Source of the DNA: Candidatus Hydrogenedentota bacterium
Lineage (GTDB): Bacteria; Hydrogenedentota; Hydrogenedentia; Hydrogenedentales; SLHB01
Direction: 5' to 3'
DNA length: 64,000 bases
Assembly (NCBI GenBank): GCA_963668025.2
Contig: CAXXTH010000017.1
Span: 1,376,001-1,440,000, forward strand
Below are positions 10,047 through 20,858 of this stretch, piece by piece. The notes under the pieces are model-generated. The model was not told the origin of the DNA and did not search any database. It worked only from the letters and a program-made list of their open reading frames with translations. Each line of letters opens with the position of its first letter. Position 1 is the stretch's first letter. The position numbers and the translations under genes were made by a program.

Positions 10047-13000
10047 CTATTGCTGCCGATGATGGGGCAGGCCGTTGCTCCCGGCGTACCAGAGCGTATC
10101 TTCTCCTAGCAAATCTTCCACTTGCCGCCGCAATTCAGGGCTCGGCGCGGCCATGCATGCTTTCGTGGCATGAATAATCACTTCTTCTTGTTCTATGGTT
10201 TGGCAGTGTAGATACACATCGCATTTGCCGGGGCGGTTCGAGAGGATTTCGGCCAGATGCTCCATGAGGCTTTTATCAAGCCCGACGGAGTGGACGCGCA
10301 CATGCACCTCGCGGGTGAGTTTGTGCTCGGCTTCTTCGATGGGCATCACGTCCACGGCGATGAGGCCGGGCTGGTCGTTGCGGACGCTCACCCGGGCAGG
10401 CGCCATGACCGCCATATCGTTGACCAGCAAGCCCGCCCGCTCCTCGAAAATATCCGAGAAGACGGTCAATTCACAGGGGCCCTCGAGGGTGTCTAAGGTG
10501 ATAAACGCCATACGCTTGCCCTTCGAGGTCGTGTGGAGCTTGACGGCGGATATCATGCCTCCCACAACAACCTCTTGCCCATCACGCATGTCCGCCAGCT
10601 CGCTAATGCGCGTTGTGCTGAATCGTTCAAGTATTTTCGCGTGCCGCGCAAGGGGATGGCTCGATACGTACAGGCCCAGCATTTCCTTTTCATAGGCAAG
10701 AAGCTCGCTCTCGGGCCATTCAGAGAGATTCGGGCGCGCGTGCATATTCCCGTTTCCACCCTGCTCCGCCATAAGATCAAAGAGGGATGTTTGGCCGGAC
10801 TCGCGCTCACGCTGGGCGATTTGGCCTTCGCTAATAGCTGAGTCGAGGGATTCCTCGACCTCGCGGCGGGTCCAGCCCGTGCTTGCGAAGGCTCCCGCGC
10901 GATTCAGGCTTTCGAGAACGCGGCGGTTGGTGACGCGGGAATCGACCCGGCTGCAAAAATCGAAAATATCGGCATATGGCCCTTCGGCCTTGCGCTCGGC
11001 GACGATGGATTCGACGGCTCCGCCGCCTACGTTTTTCACCGCGCCCAGGCCGAATCGGATGCACTTGCTCTCGACGGTGAAGGCGCTGAAGCTTGAATTG
11101 ACATCGGGCGGCAGGACTTCGAGGCCCATGCGCTTGCATTCCTCGACGTATTCGCCGATTTTATCGAGATTGCCCGATTCGCTCGAGAGCAAGGCGGCCA
11201 TGAATTCCGCCGGATAATTGGCCTTGAGGAAAGCGGTCTGGTAGGCCACGAAGGCGTAGGCCATGCTATGGGACTTGTTGAAGCCATACCCTGCGAACGT
11301 CTCGATTTTGGTGAAAAGGTCTTCCGCCACTTGCTTATCGAGGCCATGGGCCACCGCGCCCTCGACGAATTTGTCCCGCTGTTCGGCCATGACATCGGCC
11401 TTCTTCTTGCCCATGGCCCGGCGGAGGATATCGGCCTGTCCCAGGGTATAGCCCGCGACGGCCTGCACGATCTGCATGACCTGCTCTTGGTAGAGGGCGA
11501 TGCCATACGTTTCTTTTAGAATAGGTTCGAGCAACGGATGGTCGTATTTGATCCGCTCGGGGTGGTGTTTATTCTCGATGTAGTCATCCTTGAGCGCCAT
11601 GGGGCCGGGCCGGTAGAGGGCGACCAAGGCGCAGATCTCCTCGAGGCTTTCGAGGCCGATGCGCCGGGCAAGGTCGCGCATGCCCGAGCTTTCGAGCTGG
11701 AAAACACCCGTCGTCCGGCCAGAACGCAGCAGGGCGTACGCTTTCGGGTCATTCGGCTCGATGGCGTCGATATCGATAGGATTATTCTGGTTGTCTTTGA
11801 TGAACCGCACTGCGTCATGCACCACGGTGAGCGTGCGCAGGCCCAGGAAGTCCATTTTGAGCAGGCCCACTTCCTCGGCGTATTTCATCTCGAATTGCGT
11901 GGCCACGATGTCGCTGCCCGCGGCCTTGAACAGGGGCACATGGTCCGTGAGGGGCTGGTCGCAGATGATGACCCCTGCGGCGTGGGTGCCGCAGTTGCCG
12001 ATGGTGCCCTCGAGGCGCGTGGCCAGGTTCCACAAGCGCGCCACTTGGGGGTCATCCTTCACCATTTGCTGTAATTCAGGCTCGCGCTCGTAGGCGTCCT
12101 TGAGTTTGATCTTCAATTCATCGGGGATGAGCTTGGCGATGCGGTCCACATCGCTATACGGCATGCCGAGCACGCGGCCCACATTACGCACCACCTGCTT
12201 GGCGAGCATCCGGCCAAACGTGATGATCTGGCTTACATTGTCCTGGCCATATTTGGCGCGCACATACTCGATCACCTCGCCGCGCCGGTTGTAACAGAAA
12301 TCGAGGTCGAAATCGGGCATCGAGATGCGCTCGGGATTGAGAAAGCGCTCGAAGAGCAGGTTATACCGGATCGGGTCGATATTGGTGATCTGAAGGGCGA
12401 AGGCCACGAGGCTGCCCGCACCTGAGCCGCGCCCAGGGCCTACGGGGATGTCTTTGCTCCGCGCGAAGGCGATCAAATCCCAGACCACGAGGAAATAGTC
12501 CACGAATCCCATTTGCTCGATGACACCCAGCTCGAAATCGGCGCGGTCGAGATGGGCCTGGGTCGGCTGCCCATCATAACGCGCTTCGAGTCCGAGCCGG
12601 ACCTGATGGCGCAGAAAGTCCACTTTGCTCATGCCCTCGGGCGGCTTGTATTCGGGGATGAGGTGCTGGTGCAGCGGCAGCTCGATGTTGCAGCGCGCCG
12701 CCACTTTCTCCGTGTTCGATACCGCCTCGGGCCAGTGCTCGAATTTAACGTGCATTTCCTCGGGGCTTGTGAAGTAATACTGAGGCCCGCCGGGGAAACG
12801 AAAGCGTTTTTCCTCGTCGATGGTGGCGTTGGTCTGGATGGCGAGCAAAGCATCGTGGGCCAGCGCATCTTCTTTATCGGTGTAATGGCAGTCATTCGTG
12901 GCGATGAGCATAAGGCCGTATTGCTCCGCCATCTCGGCCAAGAGCGGATTGACCTTCTGGTCTTCGGGCAGGCCGTGGTCCATGATCTCGACCAGCAGAT

Positions 13001-13514
13001 TGTCGCGCCCGAAAATCTCGATGTAGCGTTTGAGCGCCTCGTGGGCGGCGTCGATCTCCTCGTGCAACAGATGCTGCGGCACCACGCCCGCCAGGCAGGC
13101 TGTGGTGGCAATGAGCCCCTCTCGGTGCTTGTACAGTAAATCAAGGTCCACGCGCGGGCGATAATGAAATCCATCGAGATAGCCGGAAGAGCTTAATTTA
13201 CAAAGGTTATGGTATCCGGTCTCGTTTTCGCAGAGGAGCAGGAGATGGTTGTGGGAAGCGCCCGCCGATTTCGCGGATTTATCCGTCCGGCTGCCTTTCG
13301 CGACGTACAGCTCCGCGCCGATGATGGGTTTGATGCCCGCCCTTTGGGCGGCAAGATAGAAATCCACCGCACCAAATAAATTGCCGTGGTCCGTGATGGC
13401 CAGCGAACGCATGCCATACGTCTTGCACCGCTCGATCAAATCATGGACTTTGCAGGCCCCATCCAGGACGCTGTATTCGGAATGACAATGCAGGTGGACA
13501 AATCCGCCGCTCAT
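10047..13514 (-). CDS. dnaE: DNA polymerase III alpha subunit
   Basis: PHP domain HLHCHSEYS, GRGSGAGS, catalytic PDFDLD, YGFNKSH, C-terminal OB fold. No intein apparent. Confidence 0.98.
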   Translation of the reverse strand: MSGGFVHLHCHSEYSVLDGACKVHDLIERCKTYGMRSLAITDHGNLFGAVDFYLAAQRAGIKPIIGAELYVAKGSRTDKSAKSAGASHNHLLLLCENETGYHNLCKLSSSGYLDGFHYRPRVDLDLLYKHREGLIATTACLAGVVPQHLLHEEIDAAHEALKRYIEIFGRDNLLVEIMDHGLPEDQKVNPLLAEMAEQYGLMLIATNDCHYTDKEDALAHDALLAIQTNATIDEEKRFRFPGGPQYYFTSPEEMHVKFEHWPEAVSNTEKVAARCNIELPLHQHLIPEYKPPEGMSKVDFLRHQVRLGLEARYDGQPTQAHLDRADFELGVIEQMGFVDYFLVVWDLIAFARSKDIPVGPGRGSGAGSLVAFALQITNIDPIRYNLLFERFLNPERISMPDFDLDFCYNRRGEVIEYVRAKYGQDNVSQIITFGRMLAKQVVRNVGRVLGMPYSDVDRIAKLIPDELKIKLKDAYEREPELQQMVKDDPQVARLWNLATRLEGTIGNCGTHAAGVIICDQPLTDHVPLFKAAGSDIVATQFEMKYAEEVGLLKMDFLGLRTLTVVHDAVRFIKDNQNNPIDIDAIEPNDPKAYALLRSGRTTGVFQLESSGMRDLARRIGLESLEEICALVALYRPGPMALKDDYIENKHHPERIKYDHPLLEPILKETYGIALYQEQVMQIVQAVAGYTLGQADILRRAMGKKKADVMAEQRDKFVEGAVAHGLDKQVAEDLFTKIETFAGYGFNKSHSMAYAFVAYQTAFLKANYPAEFMAALLSSESGNLDKIGEYVEECKRMGLEVLPPDVNSSFSAFTVESKCIRFGLGAVKNVGGGAVESIVAERKAEGPYADIFDFCSRVDSRVTNRRVLESLNRAGAFASTGWTRREVEESLDSAISEGQIAQRERESGQTSLFDLMAEQGGNGNMHARPNLSEWPESELLAYEKEMLGLYVSSHPLARHAKILERFSTTRISELADMRDGQEVVVGGMISAVKLHTTSKGKRMAFITLDTLEGPCELTVFSDIFEERAGLLVNDMAVMAPARVSVRNDQPGLIAVDVMPIEEAEHKLTREVHVRVHSVGLDKSLMEHLAEILSNRPGKCDVYLHCQTIEQEEVIIHATKACMAAPSPELRRQVEDLLGEDTLWYAGSNGLPHHRQQ

Positions 13515-13535
13515 GTGGGAATCTCCAAATATGAT

Positions 13536-14288
13536 CTATTGTTGTGCATCATAATCGTTGTAATCTTTTGAGGCCATTGGCGAGAAACCTTCGGGCCATT
13601 TCCCGGACAGCTCGATCAAAATGCGCTGCTGGTAGGGATCCGTCTTCTGATTGCGTTTCACTACGCGGGCGCGAATACTGTTCTGCGATTCATTTACGAC
13701 GCTCACGAGATCTTGCACCAGATAACGTGGAGCCCATCCAATCATATAGTAATCCGTGGTCTGAAGCTGAATGGCGAACGTAGTGGCGGGATTATTCAGT
13801 TCAACCGCCACGCATAAGTTTTCATCCGCCTGAAGCAAATCGATGCGTTCCTTGGCGGCATCGCTTAGGTGGCGCCAGCCATGCAAGAAAAAACGGCAAC
13901 AAAAAAAACCGTCAGGTGTTGGCGACAATTTTGGGAATACTTCGAGTGAGTCCGTCTGGCGGCGCCCCTCCGTGACGGCGAGAATCACCATGGGGTCAGG
14001 GTGCTGAGAATCAAGGCCCAGTATGCGGAGATGCTCTTGGAAATCTTTGCGCTTAGGAGAGAGAATCCGGTTTTTGAACAAAGGGAAAAGCTCGTCGGAA
14101 TGATATTTTTCCTCGAATTTGGGAAACGAAACGAATGGACGAAGATTGGCTTCACGATTGGCGCGATACGCGCCGTGGAGATAGCCGAAATGGAAAGGCC
14201 CATTCGGCGAATCGGCCTCAAGTCGCCCAATCGGATACCATTCCCGGCTCTTGGCGGGATTTTGCCAGGCCATATAAACTGTTGTCAT
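13536..14288 (-). CDS. HIRAN domain protein with a HipA-N/HipS-like N-terminus
   Basis: N-terminal WQ..W.PIGRL...F.F.Y...LFPLF.NR; C-terminal F.LHGWRH...E.NN...AI....IGW.PRYL, typical of HIRAN. Confidence 0.75.
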   Translation of the reverse strand: MTTVYMAWQNPAKSREWYPIGRLEADSPNGPFHFGYLHGAYRANREANLRPFVSFPKFEEKYHSDELFPLFKNRILSPKRKDFQEHLRILGLDSQHPDPMVILAVTEGRRQTDSLEVFPKLSPTPDGFFCCRFFLHGWRHLSDAAKERIDLLQADENLCVAVELNNPATTFAIQLQTTDYYMIGWAPRYLVQDLVSVVNESQNSIRARVVKRNQKTDPYQQRILIELSGKWPEGFSPMASKDYNDYDAQQ

Positions 14289-15214
14289 GGTGCTATTCCT
14301 TTTAATTCATGGAGCGTATATTGCACCAATTTCGCACAAAAAGAACGAGCAGCCTCACTCATCACGTCATCAGGCATGAGATCAAACACATGAAGCATTT
14401 CCTTTTCACATAATTGCTTGAAATGATCCAACCACTCGGCAAACAACTCAGGATGCTTCAAGGAAGCCCCGCGAACGAGTTCTATTGGATTCTCCGAACG
14501 CGCGCTCGTGGCGTCGAGATATATCGCGCCTTTCCCGTTCCTAACATATTTTGCTATATTTTTATGCTTATCGCGTCTGGCTTCGTCGGTAAGCTCCCGG
14601 CCCAGAGAAGAGCCGTGATCATAGGATGGAGATAGCGTGTACTCGTCAGAATCTGTATTCAGAATCAGCGCCCAATTCTCATGATGGCGGTCCGTGTTGC
14701 CGATAAGCGCATCGAGCATTAGAAGCCCGGCAAAACTCCGCTTGACCTGCAAAGCATCCGAAGCCGTGACAGTCGCATCAATCGCATTTATGATATTCGC
14801 GAACGTATGATCGCGTTGTCCTCGCAGTTTATCTTTTTCATATTCGGGCATCCACCCAGCTAGCACCTCATTGCCATGCACCAACACGCCTTCTTGAATG
14901 AGTGAATTCATCTCATCTTGGTGATGCGCAATTACATTCCGGCAAACAGTTCCTAGTTTTTCACCTATCCGCACGAGTTCCACTTGTGCGGCAGGTATCC
15001 CGGCAATGCACGCCAATTCATAAGCCAATTTTTCCGCCCAGTGCTCTCCCGTGCATGGCCTTGGGAATTTTAATAACCAGGGGTGAGCATCATCAGCTAA
15101 TTGAATCCATTTCTTATCTTTGCTTCCGAGTTGTTCCGTTTGAATCTGTTCTAGAGAATCCGAAGGCAATTCAAGCAGCTTAAATTGTCCATTTTCGTCT
15201 CTACAGGGAATCAA
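14285..15214 (-). CDS. HipA-like Ser/Thr kinase
   Basis: LGSKDK loop, LLKF, EHWAEK, catalytic loop DALIGNTDRHHENW, SPSYDHGSSLG; ATGA overlap with the HIRAN gene. Confidence 0.88.
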   Translation of the reverse strand: MIPCRDENGQFKLLELPSDSLEQIQTEQLGSKDKKWIQLADDAHPWLLKFPRPCTGEHWAEKLAYELACIAGIPAAQVELVRIGEKLGTVCRNVIAHHQDEMNSLIQEGVLVHGNEVLAGWMPEYEKDKLRGQRDHTFANIINAIDATVTASDALQVKRSFAGLLMLDALIGNTDRHHENWALILNTDSDEYTLSPSYDHGSSLGRELTDEARRDKHKNIAKYVRNGKGAIYLDATSARSENPIELVRGASLKHPELFAEWLDHFKQLCEKEMLHVFDLMPDDVMSEAARSFCAKLVQYTLHELKGIAP

Positions 15215-15279
15215 CGATGCTCACCGCCTTTATGCTTGATACCATGCTGGACCGATTATCACCGCATTCGCCTTCAAAC

Positions 15280-15777
15280 CTAGCTGCGTGAAGTGTTTGA
15301 GACGCCTTCGATCAATTCCGCCAGTATTTCGAGGGCGCGCTGGGCGGTTTGTTCCTTGATCTCGATACGCCCGCCGGAAAACTCATTGCGCTTGACCATG
15401 GTTTCCTCGGGGCCAGCCACGCCAATGTAGACAAGCCCCACCGGTTTTTCAGGCGTGCCGCCCGAAGGCCCGGCGATGCCAGTGACGCCGATGCCCCAAT
15501 CCGCGCCGAATCGGGTGCGCGCGCCTTCGGCCATCTGCTGGGCCACGGCGGCGCTGACAGCGCCGTAATACGTCAAATCCGCTTCCATGACCCCTAGCAG
15601 CTCGATCTTGGCTTTATTGCTATATGTTACAACGCCTCCAAGGAAATAGGCGGAAGCGCCGGATACATTGGTGACGCGATGGGCGATCAAGCCGCCCGAG
15701 CACGATTCCGCTGTCGCCAACGTTTGGCCCATTTCCAAAAGCGCATGGCCGATGGCTTCCTCGATAGGAATATCCAT
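15280..15777 (-). CDS. pncC: CinA C-terminal domain protein / NMN amidohydrolase
   Basis: TAESCSGG, GASAYF.GG.VTYSN.AK, GAVS, TGIAGP.GG...KPVG. Confidence 0.9.
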   Translation of the reverse strand: MDIPIEEAIGHALLEMGQTLATAESCSGGLIAHRVTNVSGASAYFLGGVVTYSNKAKIELLGVMEADLTYYGAVSAAVAQQMAEGARTRFGADWGIGVTGIAGPSGGTPEKPVGLVYIGVAGPEETMVKRNEFSGGRIEIKEQTAQRALEILAELIEGVSNTSRS

Positions 15778-15871
15778 ATCGGATTCTCCAAGATTCTTTC
15801 CAGGCATTCGGCTCCGCAACTTGCTTTACCTTATCATCCTCAAGGCAAGTGGGACAAGGGGGAATTCAGGC

Positions 15872-16711
15872 TCATTCAGAAAGGACCGCATGAACAGCCT
15901 GCTTCACGGAAGGCCATGGAGCGCCGGTGAGCACCGTGACATGCCTGCCATGAGGAGCCCATATGGCTGGATTCGTGGGGCCAAAGAGGGCGAAAGTGCG
16001 GCAGCCCACGGCTGCGGCGAGATGGGTCACGCCACTGTCGTTGCCCACATAAGCGTGCGCCGATGCGAGGATGTGGGCAAGCTCGACCAAGGAGTCGCTT
16101 CGCAGGAGTTCCACGCCGAATGGCGGCAGCGCTTCTTCCTCCGCAGGCCCGGTGCACCAGGCCACATGACGGCCTGCATCCATAAGGGCGCGGCCCAAAT
16201 CTTGAAACTTTTCCAAGGGCCAGTTCTTACGTTTGCCACCGCTGCCGGGGTGGAGCACCACGTCATGTGTTTCATCGGAAGGTGCGACAAACAGCCGGAA
16301 CGGCGGACTGGGCGGATATCCGAGTTGCTCCAAATAATACTCCGAGGCGTGGCGCTCCCACTGTTCCGGCGGCAAACCGGGAAATACGCGCACATCCGGC
16401 ACGCCGCATTCCTGCAATGCATGTGCGATTTCGCCCGTGTCGCGCATCCACACAACCGCTCGAGCGAAGCGCGCAAGATGCGCGCGGAGGCGTTTGCTGG
16501 GGGTGGTGAACAACGAGTCGAAGTCCACGGCGTCGAAATGGACCGCCCGTTCGGCCAATCCGCCCGCCACGGCAAGGGCTAGGCGATCCGGACGCCCCAG
16601 CAATTCGACGGGGCCTTCCGCCGCCAGATGGGCCAATGCCGGGCACGTGAGCAAGAAATCGCCAATGCCGCCGCTATGCGCCATGAGGGTGCGTTGAGAT
16701 GCTTGTTTCAT
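15872..16711 (-). CDS. Glycosyltransferase family 9 (heptosyltransferase-like)
   Basis: GGIGD, HPGSG...KNWP, GNDSG.THLAAA, LFGPT.P..W.P. Confidence 0.9.
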   Translation of the reverse strand: MKQASQRTLMAHSGGIGDFLLTCPALAHLAAEGPVELLGRPDRLALAVAGGLAERAVHFDAVDFDSLFTTPSKRLRAHLARFARAVVWMRDTGEIAHALQECGVPDVRVFPGLPPEQWERHASEYYLEQLGYPPSPPFRLFVAPSDETHDVVLHPGSGGKRKNWPLEKFQDLGRALMDAGRHVAWCTGPAEEEALPPFGVELLRSDSLVELAHILASAHAYVGNDSGVTHLAAAVGCRTFALFGPTNPAIWAPHGRHVTVLTGAPWPSVKQAVHAVLSE

Positions 16712-16744
16712 GAATGATTCCGTACGGTGAAAAAACGGTCATTA

Positions 16745-17359
16745 TTACGCGGGTGCTTTCCGCTCCATGTAGTAGAAACGAACTTGTGGAACACTGCCTT
16801 CAAAACGTGCGTGGGGAGCGATATGTGCGTTTTCCGGCGCCCTCATGTCAATCATGTTGAGGTAAGGGTCATCCTTCCAAAACTCGCCCGTTTTGATGAA
16901 TCCCGCTTTTTTATAGCACCGGACTGCACGCTCATTGGGGCCCGCCACATCGAATCGTATACTCGTGAGCCCACTCCCGAAGGCCCAGTCACAAAGAAGC
17001 TGCATCATGGATGTCCCAAGTCCCCTATCGCAAAGATCAGGCCTGAGTCGAACACCAAGATTGCCTACTGATCCAGTTTCCCAGTCAATATCCATAAGAG
17101 CAAGGTAACCTGCACACGAGGTGGTCCGCCAGTCAGCGACTATCGGAAAACGGTGTTCATCGGTTGCCCGGCTCTCAAACCATGCATCATTACTTGCCCT
17201 ATCGTCACCAGCAAAAGTCGGCTGAAACATCGTGAAAGGGGGTGGATATTTTGGCCATTCCAGTAACGTGTCGATGTCAGCGCGCTCAAGAACGCGAATG
17301 GTCATACCGTCGCGTTCGGCAGGCAGGCGATGATAAAGCTTGTGTTTGGATAGGCTCAT
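16745..17359 (-). CDS. GNAT (RimJ/RimL-like) acetyltransferase
   Basis: DRGLGT motif A and N.RA.RCY.KAGF; AGGAG RBS before ATG 17359. Confidence 0.85.
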   Translation of the reverse strand: MSLSKHKLYHRLPAERDGMTIRVLERADIDTLLEWPKYPPPFTMFQPTFAGDDRASNDAWFESRATDEHRFPIVADWRTTSCAGYLALMDIDWETGSVGNLGVRLRPDLCDRGLGTSMMQLLCDWAFGSGLTSIRFDVAGPNERAVRCYKKAGFIKTGEFWKDDPYLNMIDMRAPENAHIAPHARFEGSVPQVRFYYMERKAPA

Positions 17360-17755
17360 TTTGCAGCTCCTGATTGCGCCTTGCCCAGAGAGAACAAGAG
17401 TAAAGATCGGGCGTTTCATTCGCAAGATGGTGTCGCTGGATTGTCTCAGCGTTTGTCCTTTGGACTGCGAGCCTTTCCACCACTGGCCAGAACCAGAGAG
17501 CTGCTCTTTGAACCACGAAAAGCCCAGCGCGGCACGGCCATGGCAAAAGAGTTGGATCTTGAACCACGAATGGACACCAATGAACACTAATTTTTTCCAC
17601 AGATTGCGCTGATGACACAGATGTAAAAAAGTACTCTTCGTCGATTCGCGGTGAAAAATCCAGAGCGTTAGGTGCAGCTATGCCGCGCTAAAGGTGTTGA
17701 AGCTCTATCGGGACGACAGATGCTCAGCCGGTGGTAGTACCGCGTATCGGCTCTG

Positions 17756-18943
17756 TCATTTCCCAAACCATCCCCGTGTGTTCATGCAAATACGCACGAG
17801 GCCGAGCATGACGGGCACTTCGATGAGAACGCCCACAACAGTAGCCAGGGCGGCTCCCGAGCTGAGCCCGAAGAGCATGGTGGCCGTTGCTATGGCGACC
17901 TCGAAATGATTCGATGCGCCGATCATGGCGGCGGGCGCGGCGTCTTCGTAGCGGAATTTGAGTATGCGGGCGGCGGCATAGCCCAGTCCGAATATGAGCA
18001 TGGTCTGAATAAACAGTGGGATGGCGATCCAGATTATCGTCAGTGGGTTGCCCAGAATCACTTCGCCCTTGAAACTGAAGAGCAGCACAAGCGTAACCAA
18101 CAAGGCGATGATCGTAATGGGCGTGAGCACGTGGAGGAAGCGCTCCTCGAACCATGCCTTGCCTTTGGCGGCGATGAGCCAGCGGCGGGAGAAATAGCCC
18201 GCGACAAGGGGCAGCGCCACGTAGATCGCGATAGACAGGAGCAAGGCCTGCCAAGGCACGGGCAGCCGCCCGACGCCCAGCAGGAATCCGCCCAGAACGC
18301 CGTAAAGCACGAGCATGGTGAGCGAGTTGACGGCAACCATGACCAGCGTAAGCCCGTCGTTGCCCCGAGCCAGGTAGCCCCAGACGAGCACCATGGCCGT
18401 GCAGGGGGCCACGCCGAGGAGAATGCAGCCGGCGAGGTAGCTGCGCCAGAGGGGCACCTCGAGCATCTTTACGCCGTCGTGCATCACGACGATTCCCGCG
18501 CCATGGCGCGCGCCCTCCGGCAGATCAAGGCCGAAAGGCATTTTAACAAGGTCCATGGCGTCCGCACCGATGAAGCCCTTGAACAAGAAGCCCAGAAAGA
18601 AGAGGGCGATGGCGTACATCGTGAACGGCTTGATGGCCCAGTTCACGAAGAGCGTGAGCCCTACGGGCTTGCCGCTCTTGCCCGCCTTGATGACTTCGCC
18701 AAAATCGATCTTCACCATGATGGGATACATCATGAAGAAGAGGCATATGGCGATGGGGATAGACACGACCGGAGCGCCTTGCACATACAAGGACATGCCA
18801 TCGAGCGTTTGGGCGAAGCCGGGAGCGAACTTGCCCAGCAAAATCCCGCCCACGATGCACAGCGCCACCCAGACGGTCAGGTAACGCTCGAAAATATTGG
18901 TGAGTTTGCGTTCACCGTTATCGGGGCAACGAACAGCGTCCAT
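17756..18943 (-). CDS. acr3: Arsenite efflux transporter Acr3
   Basis: [44 protein letters not shown]. Confidence 0.95.
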   Translation of the reverse strand: MDAVRCPDNGERKLTNIFERYLTVWVALCIVGGILLGKFAPGFAQTLDGMSLYVQGAPVVSIPIAICLFFMMYPIMVKIDFGEVIKAGKSGKPVGLTLFVNWAIKPFTMYAIALFFLGFLFKGFIGADAMDLVKMPFGLDLPEGARHGAGIVVMHDGVKMLEVPLWRSYLAGCILLGVAPCTAMVLVWGYLARGNDGLTLVMVAVNSLTMLVLYGVLGGFLLGVGRLPVPWQALLLSIAIYVALPLVAGYFSRRWLIAAKGKAWFEERFLHVLTPITIIALLVTLVLLFSFKGEVILGNPLTIIWIAIPLFIQTMLIFGLGYAAARILKFRYEDAAPAAMIGASNHFEVAIATATMLFGLSSGAALATVVGVLIEVPVMLGLVRICMNTRGWFGK

Positions 18944-18956
18944 CGATACATCTCCT

Positions 18957-19808
18957 TTATTTACAAGGTTTTCGCGCGGTGACACTCAAACTGGTTACGA
19001 AATCGCTGGGTTTGGTTCCTGCTGGGAAATGCTGAGCCAGTTCCCGGAATACCGGGTCCGACCAATCCGCCATGCTGTCGATGAAGTCTGATTTATGTGT
19101 AAACTCGGCGTCCGCCAGCCCGGCGGCTTTAACCATGGCTTTTGTATCTTCCACCAATACAGCGCCCGCCACACAGCCCACTAACGCCTCGACGGATGCC
19201 CGCGCCGCTTCGGGCAGTGGTTTGCGCAGTGCGATGTCTGACACGGACACGCGCCCGCCTGGTTTGAGCGCCCGTGCGATCTCCCGCCAGACCTGGGGTT
19301 TGTCCGGCGAAAGGTTGATGACGCAGTTGCTGATGATCACGTCCACGCTGGTGTCGGCCACGGGTAGATGCTCGATCTCGCCGAGGCGGAACTCGACGTT
19401 GTCGAGGCCGGTCTTTTCTTGGTAGGCCTTGATATTGCGGCGGGCTTTGGAGAGCATTTCCGGCGTCATGTCCACGCCGATGGCGCGCCCGGAAGCCCCC
19501 ACCTTTCGGCCTGCAATGAACACATCGAAGCCGCCTCCACTGCCGAGGTCGAGTACAACATCGCCTTCACTGAGCGACGCCAGAGCCACCGGATTGCCGC
19601 ACGATAATCCCATGTTCGCGCCTTCGGGCAGGCTCTCGAGATCACCGGCTTCGTAGCCGATGGATTGCGCCAATTGCGTGGCGTCATCCGCCTCATCCCG
19701 TCCGCCGCAGCAAGAAGTAGGACCGCAACACGATTTAGTGGTTCCTTGTGCAATGCGGGCGTAGCCCTCACGTACAAATTCATGAATGTTTTCGGTTGAT
19801 GCATCCAT
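18957..19808 (-). CDS. arsM: Arsenite S-adenosylmethionine methyltransferase
   Basis: CC pairs, GLSCGNP, DLGSGGG.D, SNCVINL, GCVAGA. Confidence 0.95.
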   Translation of the reverse strand: MDASTENIHEFVREGYARIAQGTTKSCCGPTSCCGGRDEADDATQLAQSIGYEAGDLESLPEGANMGLSCGNPVALASLSEGDVVLDLGSGGGFDVFIAGRKVGASGRAIGVDMTPEMLSKARRNIKAYQEKTGLDNVEFRLGEIEHLPVADTSVDVIISNCVINLSPDKPQVWREIARALKPGGRVSVSDIALRKPLPEAARASVEALVGCVAGAVLVEDTKAMVKAAGLADAEFTHKSDFIDSMADWSDPVFRELAQHFPAGTKPSDFVTSLSVTARKPCK

Positions 19809-19838
19809 AGCCAGGCCTTTCTTTTTTGAGTAGCTATT

Positions 19839-20273
19839 TCAATCCAGCATTTTCGGCAGCTTTTCCACGAACGCCCGGATCTCGTCCCGCACCTTTCGAT
19901 AACAATTAAGTTTGGCTTCTTCGCCTTCCATCAAAGCGGCCAGCGCGGGCGGGTCGTCAAATCCCACATGGACCACCTTGGTGTGTCCCGGAAAACGGGG
20001 GCAGGTCTCGTGGGCGTGGCCGCAGACCGTCACGACATAATCGAAGGGGATATCCAACAGCCCGCTCACGAGCTTCGATTGGTGGCCGGAGATGTCTACG
20101 CCCGCCTCAGCCATCACCCGCACCGCATGGGGATTCAGGCCGTGGGTCTCGATGCCCGCCGAATACGGCTCGAGCACATCGCTTTTCAAGTGGCGCGCCC
20201 ATCCCTCGGCCATCTGGCTGCGGCAGGAATTGCCCGTGCAGAGAAAGAGTATTTTGAGCTTGTCATGCGCCAT
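19839..20273 (-). CDS. arsC: Arsenate reductase, LMW-PTP (thioredoxin) type
   Basis: CTGNSCRSQMAEG, TVC...ETCP, FDDP; AAGGAGG RBS. Confidence 0.95.
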   Translation of the reverse strand: MAHDKLKILFLCTGNSCRSQMAEGWARHLKSDVLEPYSAGIETHGLNPHAVRVMAEAGVDISGHQSKLVSGLLDIPFDYVVTVCGHAHETCPRFPGHTKVVHVGFDDPPALAALMEGEEAKLNCYRKVRDEIRAFVEKLPKMLD

Positions 20274-20646
20274 TGCATGCCTCCTTAGCAGGTGCTTTGA
20301 TTTTCTGGCAAAGGGAATCCAAATCGCATGTGGTGATGGTTTTGAGCCGTTTGGCATCCCCGCGAACGCTGGGATCTTTCGCCAGTTCCTTGCTCAGCCA
20401 TTCCAGCACGGCAGCCGTTTTAGGAGTCCGCCGCAACCGGAAATGCACCCAACGCCCCTCTTTCCGGCTGTCCACCAATCCGGCCGTATGCAGCACGCTC
20501 ATGTGCCGCGAGACCGTGGCGGGGGCCAATTCGAGGAGTTCGATGAGCTGGCAGGCGCAGAGTTCCGGGTAATCGATGAGGGCCATCACGGCCCGTACCC
20601 GGCTGGCGTCCGAGAGTGCGCGAGTGATGATGAGGATGTTTTCCAT
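20263..20646 (-). CDS. arsR: ArsR/SmtB family repressor
   Basis: ALSD..R, ELCAC metal site, TVSRH helix-turn-helix, GLV...EGRW. Confidence 0.93.
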   Translation of the reverse strand: MENILIITRALSDASRVRAVMALIDYPELCACQLIELLELAPATVSRHMSVLHTAGLVDSRKEGRWVHFRLRRTPKTAAVLEWLSKELAKDPSVRGDAKRLKTITTCDLDSLCQKIKAPAKEACNGA

Positions 20647-20655
20647 GCCGCCTCG

Positions 20656-20710
20656 TTTCGTTAATTCGCTAACTAACGAAATAATAGCATAAATAAAACC
20701 TCCCTGTCAA
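20656..20710 (-). promoter_or_regulatory. ars promoter and ArsR operator
   Basis: TTGACA-N18-TATTAT on the minus strand; inverted repeat TTTCGTTA-N10-TAACGAAA (20656-20681) at and downstream of the -10. Confidence 0.75.
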
Positions 20711-20858
20711 GCGCTTGAAAGTGTTTCTCTGTGTTCTCTTTGGTGAATAATCTGATATTTTTACCACAGAGAGACAGAGAGAATTAGTCCGATTATGGAC
20801 GTTACTACACGCAAATGCTTGTGGATCTCTCCAGTTTCTTGTCGTAACCAGCTTCTGG

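Noticed and set aside
10047-13514. Intein in DnaE
   Set aside because: The length is ordinary and no splice-junction or LAGLIDADG motifs are visible.
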